Assembly: GCA_002269645.1 (NCBI GenBank)
Contig: NIVC01003842.1
Span: 10,295-74,294, forward strand
DNA: 64,000 nt
Reading direction: 5' to 3'
DNA from: Macrostomum lignano
Taxonomy: Eukaryota
Notes under the pieces: model-generated
The model's database searches: none
The model's input: only the letters and a program-made list of their open reading frames with translations
What the model was told of the DNA's origin: nothing
Program-made: the position numbers and the translations under genes
Part shown: positions 1 to 12,268 of the stretch, in pieces
Layout of the letters: every line of letters begins with the position of its first letter
How positions within the stretch are numbered: position 1 is the first letter of the stretch

Positions 1-167
1 AGAATACAATAATGTATTGTACATGTGTGCCACGATTGGATACATGTGTAGGCCAACTGACATGATTCATTATATGCTACACTGTCTGTAAATAAACATA
101 CTTAACATTTGTAAAATTAAGCTGTGTGAAACTGCTTGCCTTTGCTTTTTTATTTGCAACGAATTAT

Positions 168-592
168 GAGATTGAGCATAAATAGTGTGAGATTGAGCAT
201 AGTGTGAGATTGAGCATAGTGTGAGATTGAGCATAGATAGTGTGAGATTGAGCATAGATAGTGTGAGATTGAGCATAGATAGTGTGAGATTGAGCATAGA
301 TAGTGTGAGATTGAGCATAGTGTGAGATTGAGCATAGTGTGAGATTGAGCATAGATAGTGTGAGATTGAGCATAGATAGTGTGAGATTGAGCATAGTGTG
401 AGATTGAGCATAGTGTGAGATTGAGCATAGATAGTGTGAGATTGAACATAGATAGTGTGAGATTGAGCATAGTGTGAGATTGAGCATAGATAGTGTGAGA
501 TTGAGCATAGACACAGTGAGATTGAGCATAGACACAGTGAGATTGAATATAGATCAAGCGAGATTGAGCATATATCTAATTAGATTGAGCAT
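168..592. repeat. Tandem array of 17/21-bp units (AGATAGTGTGAGATTGAGCAT); left arm of an inverted array pair
   Basis: Units are directly visible. They are the reverse complement of the array at 1206-1490. Confidence 0.95.
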
Positions 593-1205
593 GAATAGTG
601 CAAGTTTGAGTCAGAGTATTTTCCTCGAAATCTGAGTGGAGAAGGCTCATAAAAATGTGAGAAAAATATCCATTTAATTGACGTTGAAGCAAAAGTCAGA
701 CGATCGGACCAATTAGTTATAAAAAAGTAACAAAAAATAGCGGAACTTGCAGTAGAAAAAGCCTGCAAAAAGAAGTCACACTTATTGCACAGTGCTGACC
801 CCCCCCCCCCAGCCATCAATAATCGCTGCAGACCCGGCTAATAACAGGAGGTGCCGCCGGGATTCGAAAGAATCAAAATAATAATAATGGCGGAGCGGCC
901 CAGTCCGTATGGGGATGGCAATTATCGATTTTGAGAGAATCTGACTCGCGCTGAAATCTGTGCAGTGGGCTGGGCTGGGATCTGCGAAAGCAATTGATCA
1001 ACTGATGATGATGGGGATTGGGGAGAGGCTGGGCTGCGGATGGGGGAGGAGAGACGGGAAGTGGGAGAAGACGGGTAATTTCCTCACTCTCTGCACCACC
1101 CGGAGATGAGCTGGATACTCCCGCCCCGCCACCCCACTGGCGCAACCAGGCCCGAGTCAAGGAGCTCTGAGTATAACACCTGGACTGAACTGAACAACTT
1201 TTCAC

Positions 1206-1490
1206 TGCTCAATCTCACTTTGTCTGTGCTCAATCTCACTGTGTCTATGCTCAATCTCACTGTGTCTATGCTCAATCTCACTGTGTCTATGCTCAATCTC
1301 ACTGTGTCTATGCTCAATCTCACTGTGTCTATGCTCAATCTCACTGTGTCTATGCTCAATCTCACTGTGTCTATGCTCAATCTCACTGTGTCTATGCTCA
1401 ATCTCACTGTGTCTATGCTCAATCTCACTGTGTCTATGCTCAATCTCACACTATTTATGCTCAATCCCACACTTATCTATGCTTAATGTC
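1206..1490. repeat. Tandem array of 21-bp units (ATGCTCAATCTCACTGTGTCT); right arm of the inverted array pair
   Basis: About 12 units are visible. The outer unit CTATTTATGCTCAATC mirrors GATTGAGCATAAATAG at ~170. Confidence 0.95.
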
Positions 1491-1990
1491 ACACTTTATA
1501 CTCAGAGAATTCTTATAGAGTTCATTCCCAACAAAGTAAAAAAGTAGGTTTCCAATCTAGTTTGCTAACTTTAGTAGTCCACGGCATATAGCAGCAGCTG
1601 AAATTGCAGTGGGTCTGAAAATATTCTGCTAACCCTTACTGCAGGTCGAGTAACTTCCGCCAAAACTATGTATCAGTTGTAATCCTGCAGTTTTATCTTC
1701 AGCCAAAATATAACCGATTTTTTTCTGCCCGTAGACCCTTCTCAAGTCTGATCTCTATTCTAAAGGGGATAATTTTCCCATGAGAAAGATTAAGCGGTTT
1801 CAATAGCGTCAAGTGGGATTGTTTTATTTTCAGCAGACTAAGACTAAGAAAGACTGCCTTGGTGCAGTTGAATAAACAATGCAGATTTGTTGCATAGGGC
1901 TGTCATGCCGATGTGTGCTGTAGAAACAGGTGGTAAGTAAGACTTTCTGAAGCTTGTGTTTATTCAGCCGCTGTAGGGTTAAATATGCAG

Positions 1991-4293
1991 GATAGATTAC
2001 AGGTGTACATGATAGATCACAGGTGTACATGATAGATCACAGGTGTACATGATAGATCACAGGTGTACATGATAGATCACAGGTGTACATGATAGATCAC
2101 AGGTGTACTGATTGATAGATGGTGTGACCGCAATCGCAGATGTACATGATAGATCATAGGTGCACATGATAGATCACAGGTGTACATGATAGATCACAGG
2201 TGTACATGATAGATCACAGGTGTACATGATAGATCACAGGTGTACATGATAGATCACAGGTGTACATGATAGATCACAGGTGTACTGATTGATAGATGGT
2301 GTGACCGCAATCGCAGATGTACATGATAGATCATAGGTGCACATGATAGATCACAGGTGTACATGATAGATCATAGGTGTACATGATAGATCACAGGTGT
2401 ACACGATAGGTCACAGGTGTACACGATAGATCACAGGTGTACATGATAGATCACAGGTGTACATGATAGATCACAGGTGTACATGATAGATCACAGGTGT
2501 ACATGATAGATCACAGGTGTACATGATAGATCACAGGTGTACATGATAGATCACAGGTGTACATGATAGATCACAGGTGCACATGATAGATCACAGGTGT
2601 ACATGATAGATCACAGGTGTACATGATAGATCACAGGTGTACATGATAGATCACAGGTGTACATGATAGATCACAGGTGTACATGATAGATCACAGAAGT
2701 ACATGATAGATCACAGGTGTACATGATAGATCACAGGTGTACATGATAGATCACAGGTGTACATGATAGATCACAGGTGTACATGATAGAGCACAGGTGT
2801 ACATGATAGATCACAGGTGTACATGATAGATCACAGGTGTACACGATAGATCACAGGTGCACATGATAGATCATAGGTGTACATGATAGATCATAGGTGT
2901 ACATGATAGATCACAGGTGTACACAATAGATCACAGGTGTACACGATAGATCACAGGTGCACATGATAGATCATAGGTGCACATGATAGATCACAAGTGC
3001 ACATGATAGATCAGAGATGTACATGATAGATCATAGGTGTACATGATAGATCACAGGTGCACATGATAGATCACAGGTGCACATGATAGATCAGAGATGT
3101 ACATGATAGATCACAGGTGTACACGATAGATCACAGGTGTACACGATAGATCACAGATGTACATGATAGAGCACAGGTGTACATGATAGATCACAGGTGT
3201 ACATGATAGATCACAGGTGTACATGATAGATCACAGGTGTACATGATAGATCACAGGTGCACATGATAGATCACAGGTGTACATGATAGATCACAGGTGC
3301 ACATGATAGATCAGAGATGTACATGATAGATCATAGGTGTACATGATAGATCACAGGTGCACATGATAGATCAGAGATGTACATGATAGATCACAGGTGT
3401 ACATGATAGATCAGAGATGTACATGATAGATCATAGGTGAACATGATAGATCACAGGTGAACATGATAGATCACAGGTGTACACGATAGATCACAGGTGC
3501 ACATGATAGATCACAGGTGAACATGATAGATCACAGGTATACATGATAGATCACAGAAGTACATGATAGATCACAGGTGTACATGATAGATCACAGAAGT
3601 ACATGATAGATCACAGGTGTACATGATAGATCACAGGTGTACATGATAGATCACAGGTGTACATGATAGATCACAGGTGTACATGATAGATCACAGGTGC
3701 ACATGATAGATCACAGGTGTACACGATAGATCACAGGTGTACACGATAGATCACAGGTGTACACGATAGATCACAGGTGCACATGATCGATCACAGATGT
3801 ACATGATAGATCATAGGTGTACATGATAGATCACAGGTGTACATGATAGATCACAGGTGTACATGATAGATCACAGGTGTACATGATAGATCAGAGATGT
3901 ACATGATAGATCACAGGTGTACACGATAGATCACAGGTGTACATGATAGATCACAGGTGTACATGATAGATCACAGATGTACATGATAGATCACAGGTGT
4001 ACATGATAGATCACAGATGTACATGATAGATCATAGGTGTACATGATAGATCATAGGTGTACATGATAGATCACAGGTGTACATGATAGATCACAGGTGT
4101 ACATGATAGATCAGAGATGTACATGATAGATCACAGGTGTACACGATAGATCACAGGTGCACACGATAGATCATAGGTGTACACGATAGATCACAGGTGC
4201 ACATGATCGATCACAGATGTACATGATAGATCACAGGTGAACATGATAGATCACAGGTATACTGATTGATAGCTGGTGTGACCGCAATCGCAG
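1991..4293. repeat. Minisatellite with a 20-bp unit (ACATGATAGATCACAGGTGT), ~110 copies
   Basis: Phased 20-bp periodicity is visible line by line. A 33-bp cassette occurs at 2107, 2284 and 4261. Confidence 0.97.
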
Positions 4294-4816
4294 GGTGTAT
4301 CAATAGACGCTGGACCACAATTCAATTCTGGCACAAAGTACCACCCCGGAATCGAATTCAGATATGCCACTCATCCAATAAAAAGAATTTCACAAAAGCC
4401 AAAACTAAGGATTTGGTTCCGACTGAGTAAGACTGCCTCTGGCTCAAGTCTATAAATTGCAATAAAAAAGTTGAAGAGTCTTGTCGATCAGTAACTGTGC
4501 GACAAAGCTGAATCACTTTTTGAAAAGATTTTTTATGACTCTGGCAAAGCATCTTTCACAGCTTAACTAACCATGAATGTTAGCTGCGGCACCTGCTGAT
4601 GCCAATCTTATTTTGCCTCTGCTGGGCTGAAGATCAAGAAATTTTAGTGCAAAGGTGATTTTTAAAGAGGCTGGGCAACTGTCTACACATGGGTTGGGAT
4701 TTCCAGGCAACTGTAGACGATCCTTTACCATTTGCTTGCTAAATTTGTGTCCTCCTATGTAGAAAGCAAGTTTAGTTGTGTATTTTTTATTATTGGTCAA
4801 ACTTAATTTAGACAGG

Positions 4817-5630
4817 TGAGAGTCAGGAGAGAACCCTGACATGATGATATCCGAATGAGAGTCAGGAGAGAACCCTGACATGATGATATCTGAATGAGAG
4901 TCAGGAGAGAATCCTGAGATGATGATATCCGAATGAGAGTCAGAGAATCCTGACATGATGATATCCGAATGAGAGTCAGGAGAGAACCCTGACATGATGA
5001 TATCTGAATGAGAGTCAGGAGAGAATCCTGAGATGATGATATCCGAATGAGAGTCAGAGAATCCTGACATGATGATATCCGAATGAGAGTCAGGAGAGAA
5101 TCCTCAGATAATGAGAGTCAGGAGAGAATCCTCACATCCAAATGAGAGTCAGGAGAGAATCCTCAATTCCGAATGAGAGTCAGAGAATCCTGACATGATG
5201 ATATCCGAATGAGAGTCAGGAGAATCCTGACATGATGATATCCGAATGAGAGTCAGAGAATCCTGACATGATGATATCCGAATGAGAGTCAGGAGAATCC
5301 TGACATGATGATATCCGAATGAGAGTCAGAGAATCCTGACATGATGATATCCGAATGAGAGTCAGAGAATCCTGACATGATGATATCCGAATGAGAGTCA
5401 GAAAATCCTGACATGATGATATCCGAATGAGAGTCAGGAGAGAATCCTGAGATGATGATATCCGAATGAGAGTCAGAGAATCCTGACATGATGATATCCG
5501 AATGAGAGTCAGAGAATCCTGACATGATGATATCCGAATGAGAGTCAGAAAATCCTGACATGATGATATCCGAATGAGAGTCAGAATCCTGAGATGATGA
5601 TATCCGAATGAGAGTCAGCAGAGAATCCTG
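4817..5630. repeat. Minisatellite with 36/39-bp units (GAGAATCCTGACATGATGATATCCGAATGAGAGTCA)
   Basis: About 20 visible units with 36-, 37- and 39-bp length variants. Confidence 0.95.
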
Positions 5631-6580
5631 AGAATTTGAGTATGAATATGAGAAATCGCCTTCACCAAAAGCAGATCCCAAACTCAAAGCCCATATATCG
5701 TTAGATAAGATTGATTATTAAACCAACATTGACAGACCAACCCACGCAGCTACATCAGATACATACAAGCCTCACAAGATTCTTCAGTCTGTCATCTGTC
5801 TTACAAACTAGTGTACACTTCCGGTTGATCAATCGCACTACGGAAGGGATGGGAGAGAGAGAGGGGAGAATACCGGAAGCACCGACACGGGGGTTGGGAA
5901 AATTAGGATAATTATACGCAGCAGTCTTGGCAAGGATGAGTAGGGAGATTTGGGATAAAATCTCTGACAGGAAGCGAATTCCTTGTCCAACCTATGAACT
6001 GCTGCCGGCGTTACACTCGGCATCAGTCTGGCTTCCAAGTCTCCCTTTGTAGATTTTTGAGTCACTCATTGCGCTGCTCTGAGTCCTTTAGCTTTTGTAT
6101 GAAGCCAATGATCCCCTATTTTCCCATTCTCCCCCCCCCCAATTCCAGAGCCAGGACTCGGCTCCTCTTCTCTGTTGGATGTTGGAGCAGAACAGAAAAA
6201 AAAGACCTGCTCAACTGAAACGCAAAGCGTGAAACGATTTCAAAAAGAATGAATTTCGAATTTCAAAATCCTGCATGATTCGCTACTAAGAAGGAATTAC
6301 AACAGATCGGTGGGACTTCTAGAGAGTATCGGGACTGGAATCGATTCCTAGAAATCATACAGTAGTAAATGCCCTGGTATAGCTATTTCAATATGTATTC
6401 GTTTCGTAAAGAGTTACTGTGTAGTTAAATTAAGCTGCATAACTTCTATTTGTAGCTTTATAATAATAATACGATTTCTCTCACTCTTCCACTCTGCTTC
6501 GGGTCCCAAATTCCATCTAGTGTGTCTGCTTAGCCAGGGACTGCTCTAGAAATAGCAACATGGACTGGAAACAGAAAGTT

Positions 6581-6765
6581 TCTCTCCCTCTCATCTCATC
6601 TTCTGTCTCGTCTCATCTCTTCTATTATCTTCTCTTTCATCTTTTCTCTAATCCCATCTCTCATCTCCTCTCTCGTATCTCGTCTCTGCCTTCACCTCTC
6701 GTCTCATCACTTGACTTACTTGACTTGACTTACATGTAATCTCATCTTTCCTCTTCTCTTTCTCA
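6581..6765. repeat. CT-rich low-complexity tract
   Basis: Pyrimidine-rich TCTC/TCATC runs; a GA-rich counterpart lies at ~7387-7475. Confidence 0.7.
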
Positions 6766-7809
6766 TGAGCTGGATTCTTTGTCTGGCTCTTGAAGTAAAA
6801 AAATTCTCCAACCCCTTGTGTAAATAAGCAAAGAGCATGACACACCAGCTACTGCAGGGATCCGTGAGCGCGTCTTACACTAGCTTCCAGTCCAACAGTG
6901 ATGTGATACATCTATAGAAGTCCCTGGCCTAACTGAATGAGTTAGAATATGTTGATGCTCTGTCAGATTTTTTCCTACAGTGTTGGTAGTTGATAGAAAG
7001 TGTTGGACCCGATGGAGACGCAGTGATATTTCTAAGCCAGAGGCAGCTCGGAGGCAAGCTGTAGCTGCAGGTAAGGAAAGAGTTGAAGAAAAAAGCAGAA
7101 AATCCGGGATCCAGATAGACAATAACACGCACCAGTAACCAGGATTTGTATAGCAAACTCATACAGACAGACTGCCTGCCTGCCTATATCTGCTTCATTG
7201 TCACCAACAATAAATGATTAGTAATCGCATATCAACCATCGGATTTTATGCGTGGTATCATATTAGTAGTACATACCGGATGTACACAAGAGTTAGTCAA
7301 ATCATTTAGGAGCACTTTAAAAACATTTCTCTCGGTAATGAATCAATACTGACAAAGTCGAAGACTCCAACTCAGGACTGCAAGCCAGATGAGAGAGGAG
7401 AGGGAATAGAGGAGAGGCGAGAGACGAGAGAGAAGATAAGTGGAGAGATGGGAGTAGAGCTGAGAAGAGACAAGTCTTAAGCAGACCGGATTGCTATTGT
7501 GAAGTTTCAAAGGACTCGACCCGAGGGCCGGATTGAGAGGAGTTCGCCACGACCTCTGTTGTTGGAAGTATGCTCAGTCTACAAAGTTGTATAGAAAAAT
7601 GGCCCTAGTCGTCAGAACTCCATTCCTTATCCTAAGAAAGTCAATGTCACGTGATACGCAATCGAACGAGAATAAATGAAGTGAATCTGCTTATAAAGCC
7701 GTTTCGGAAATACGACAATTAGAAAGGATGTTCTCGAATGAGTCCCAAATCGGCTAGGGATTTGTAATTTGTAATTTTTTAACGATCGAAGTAAAATCAA
7801 CGTCACAAT

Positions 7810-8046
7810 CGGTAAGCAGTCATGCGAGCACGAGCACGAACAGGGTGTACTGCAGCCAATTGACATTGTCAGGCAGTAGTGTACACCTCTCAATGCCTTG
7901 AACCCTTGGAGGTTGGCCCCTCATGGGCGTGAACCGCAGGACAATTTTCTTGGACAAGCCTCAAATTAATGTGGTCGAGCACGGAATCGAACCCGAGTTC
8001 GTGGGCACGAGAGTTGGGCGCGTTCACCGCTGAGCTGTACTGGCCC
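7810..8046 (-). mobile_element. Probable tRNA-derived SINE (family distinct from the copies at 38001 and 57165)
   Basis: The minus strand reads GGGCCAGTACAGCTCAGCGGTG (A-box-like) ... GGGTTCGATTCC (B box) followed by a non-tRNA body. The 3' boundary is approximate. Confidence 0.45.
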
Positions 8047-10937
8047 TTGAGGAAAGTCTGACTAACTACGCTCCTACTAACTACGCTCCTCCGGATACAC
8101 ACTTCGGCCCGAGGGTCAACACCCAGCCATGCGAGACGTCACGCGAATATGTTAAACCTGGCACACGCAACCTCTCCTTTCCCTGCTCACTCTACTCTCT
8201 CTCTTTAACCAAGTTCCCGCCCGTGTTTTTCTCGATTGATCCCAATTTGTCCCCGCGGATCGAGTCAACTCGAGTGCCGGCATCCACACGCCATGAAGCC
8301 TCGTCAACCATCCAGCGACGCGCACACACACAAAATCACGGACACGCAAGTGGCTGCTCGAAGCCAAAAGCCGAAGTCTCACTGTGTCCCCCGGCGGTGC
8401 GCACGTGTTTCGTGTCACCCCGGACTAATTCTATCAATTAAAGCGAAACCATGCCAACACAGACCCAGTTGACTCGATCTGGGCGGGGCCTCGGCATAGG
8501 GTCCGAACGCAATTGCATATATCGAGTGAGGTCAGGGAGCTCTCTCTCATTAAGAAGAAGAATTTCTGAGTTTTAATCTGACTTGAAGGGACTGAGGCTT
8601 AGGATTTTTCTTTTTTGGTTCTTTTCTCTCTCTGCTCTTGTCAGCCTGCAGTGAGGAGGCTCCGATCCCTTGCGGTGAAGGAGCACTGATCGCATGGGGA
8701 ATACAGTATATTAGAGCCTGCTCTAATGCTGGATCACCGATTAGATGACTGTTTATGGCTCTTTATTTTAACACTTCAGTAAAAGAGCGGGGAAAGAGCC
8801 AAAATACACTACGAAATATATTGTTAACGAAATCCGTATTTTTACAACGAGTAAATAAAGCTTTTTAAAACAGCAATGAATTAATAAAAACAAGCATGTC
8901 ATACTACTTGCAATTGTTATTCTTCTTATAGGCAATAAAGTGACAGTACGCTCGGAACAACAAATTACTGCAAGCACTGGTATGACGGCTCATCAGAATT
9001 CCTGCTCCTGTACTGTACTTACTACTAGCAGTAGGAATGTCATTTTCTTATTCCCTTTTTCTTCTCCGTTATTTCTTTCCCTCGGGCGTCTCCCAGGTCT
9101 CCATCTATAAATATTCCTCTCATGCCTTTTTCTTTGTCACCAGATGGTCAAGGTATTCGGCAGCCGCCATCTGGTATGCGGGCCTGCGGGTCAACGAGTA
9201 CAGGCGCCACATTTTCATTCTGCGATTCGCAATGCCAGCTCAGATGAGCAGCTAAGTTGAAGGTGATGGCTACAGTGGATAGAATGGCCAAGCAGTACAC
9301 AGCTGACCAATCAATCAATCACCTTGAACCAGAATTCAAGCCATTCGTGTACTTTAGTGCTGACTCAGGCATAGAAGAGGCTTACCTAGCATGTAAGACT
9401 TCACATGTAAGTCTCAGGGGGGCTATGAATGCTCTACATCAGCGTTATTGGAGAGTTTGTAGTCACATTAATGACCAGAAGCTTGCATATAATAGGAATT
9501 TGTTGATGTGATAGACTCGCAGCAAATGCTTCTAGGGGGTGATGGTACATACGGTAGGCACAGAGAAAAACTGCTTGAGCAATAACCCTGCCCCGCTCAA
9601 ACTCTCTGCATTGCTCTGCATTTTGTCAACTGACCTGCTTTGCTTGCTTGACTATAAAATACACTGCCTTGAATAGTTTGCAGAAAGGCTGCGGTTTGCT
9701 CTATAGGCTTGCCTTGAGCAAACCGGCTTTAGTGCCCAAGCGCGTGTTGTTTAGGTGGGCGCCCACCCCTCCGCGCAGTTGTTTTTTTGAATAGTTTGCA
9801 GAACAGATAATTCTGAGATGTGGGCCTCACACTCGTAATAGGGCCTTTGGAGGTCAGTGTGTTAGAACATCTTTCTGGCCTGTGAGCAGAAGTTAGCAGG
9901 AAATAAAACCTGTTAAAGCATACTGTATACAAAGCTTTGATAATGGAAAGATTCGTTTTTCTAAGTGGGCCAGAAGTAGGCAATGGGTACGCGGTGGAGT
10001 GAGTTTAGTCCAATAGCCCCCCTCCCCCCAACCTTTCAGTTGCTTTTCATTTGCCAGGTAAAATAGAACTACAATAGAACTAACTAGCTAGTCTTATTTG
10101 GATAGTAGCTAGTTGTTGCAATTCGAAGGCCAGGGAGACACAATAGTGGGGTACTCAGCAGATTTCACGCAAGCAACCCCGTAGTCCAATTCGCCGAAGA
10201 AGACAGACAGACGTAAACAGTTTGCCAGTTACTATGACGACGGAGGAGAGACAGTAAGAAGAGCTCTATAAGAATTCAGTAAACCGCAGCGAAATAAGCG
10301 CCATCGGGGCGAAACGCAGCCCTCAAAACACAGCGACTGTTCTTGCTGCCAAACTGCATCACTTCAACAGGTGCGCAAGCAAGCTGCCAGTTTTCTACTG
10401 TCATTTTTGCTCATTCTCCTTGTATGTAACAACAAGCCCTCTGACTTGGACCAGCTAAACAGAAAGTAAGTCGAGAGCTGACTATAATAGCTGATATATT
10501 GCTTCTATAAATCTATAGAAACACCTAATATAATTTAGTTCAGTACCATCCTGATCTACCTTTTCCACTTAGATACCTGCATGAAACGTTGTATTTTTTA
10601 ATTGAAGTTATTTAGCAAATTTGTATGTCACTTTTGATGGTGCTTACAATGTTTCACTTCTGTTTTATGAATATATCAGAAGCAACCAGTGTTCCTAATC
10701 TGTTTATAGACTGTAGTAAATTAATTATTACAACTACGAGTACTACGACTCAGAATTTAAGCTTTTACTCAATAGAAACCAAAGCAGAAACAAACAGGAA
10801 ATACTGCCGAGGTTTTACTTATGGAAAAGTGTTAAAATGCTCTACTTAATTAAGACATTGACTGAGTCTTAGTCTCATTGCTTCTATTGTGTCCTATAAC
10901 ACGACTGCAAACATCAGTAGACTGAGGAAACACTAGA

Positions 10938-11053
10938 GGGGTCGTACTATAAAGCTGTCGTAGCGTAAGTTCGAACGTACGTCGGAACTTTTACACTGCG
11001 GAGATAGGAGCTAAGAACGATCTTATCTTACGATGGCTTTATAGAACGGGCCC
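10938..11053. mobile_element. Small MITE with imperfect TIRs and a 3-bp AGA target-site duplication (PIF/Harbinger-like)
   Basis: Left end GGGGTCGTACTATAAAGCTGTCGTAG versus reverse complement of the right end GGGCCCGTTCTATAAAGCCATCGTAAG. AGA flanks both sides. Confidence 0.55.
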
Positions 11054-11107
11054 AGAGGTTTTATTTCAACGCTGGCTTACTTTCTTTTCCAATCTATATT
11101 TTTGCAG

Positions 11108-11227
11108 AGCAGCACATACTGCAAAGGAACTCCAGCGCACAAGATTCTCGGCATCGAGCCGCTGTAAAAGCGTGACTATTGTTAAACAGCAGTTGCAGCT
11201 CAGCACATTAGCGGAAACGGCTAAGTG
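11108..11227 (+). other. Candidate non-coding 5'-UTR exon of the VLIG GTPase gene
   Basis: Acceptor TATATTTTTGCAG and donor G|GTGAGT. Its one open frame is not in phase with the GTPase ORF, whose acceptor is at 12253. Confidence 0.4.
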
Positions 11228-12268
11228 GTGAGTAGCAAACTGAGTTATTATAATTATGCTTCTACCAACACTTACCTATAAAACCTAATTATCGACCTGA
11301 CTTATAGTCTATTTGTCGTAATTCTACTTCAAGTAGTCTCTTCATTTCCCAATTTCCTTTCCCGTTCCTTCGTCTCGCTCTTTTCTGGTCTTGTGAAATT
11401 TTTCCTCATATATCATTGATAGTAGTGGCGTAGATAGAAAGCTTATTTTGCCTTATTTAAACCAAGTCTACTTCAAGTACGCACTTACGCACTAATAATA
11501 CATTAAATATAAATAATCTATACTTGAAGATATAATACAATATAATATCTTCTTGGGGAAATCAAAGAATGCCACCGCATCAGCTCAGCCGATCTCTTCC
11601 AGCAGTCTCTATCAGCACGTGTCAATGGTAAAATGCAACTTTTGCGTATACTGTAAAAGAAGTTAGCAACTGTCGAGCTGCTAAGAAGCAAGCAAACCCC
11701 GAGCTGTCGAGTGCACATGACACTGTTGGTGGTGGTGACGGTGGTTGCTAAACTTTTCGACGATGTGATTTTTCGAGCTTATGACTTTTCGAGCTTGTGA
11801 TGGTGGATGCTTTTCGACGATGTGATTTTTCGAGCTTGTGATGGCCCCCAAACTGTTGACAGGCCAATGTCATACGGCTGTGCGAAGTTCGAAGTTTATG
11901 AAATGAAGGGCCAGTTTGTCTTTAATCTGCTTCAAGGTCAGCTTAGGGTTTTCTTCGGCACAAGCTATGAAGAATTGGATCATTCCTGGGGTCAATTTGG
12001 TGTGCTTTTTACCTCCTGAGGGGAGTCTGGAGGGGAAGGAGGGGAGGACGAACAGAATCTGGTAGCGAACTAACAGGCCTGATAGTGAGCGGCTAAGTTG
12101 TTAAATTTGTTTCAAAAAAGAGAATAGCAAAACTCTCTAATATGTGCAGTCGGGGAATAGGGGAAGAAAACTAAGGGATAGAGAGAAGATTGGGAGACCG
12201 CCAAGTCATTTTAACCCAAAGAACTAAATTCCGACTTTTTTCATACCTTGCAGTCGTGGCCGCTTGTC

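Noticed and set aside
70-1486. ORFs with MLNLTLCSISHY / SIDTVRL / SMLNLTV repeats
   Set aside because: They are translations of the 17/21-bp satellite, with no splice or start context.
11745-11845. Short direct repeats TTTTCGACGATGTGATTTTTCGAGCTT as a mobile element
   Set aside because: Probably subterminal repeats of a DNA-transposon fragment, but I could not find TIRs or a TSD.
12248-12268. TTG start of the GTPase ORF given by the track
   Set aside because: It lies in the polypyrimidine/AG acceptor. The first ATG is at 12269.
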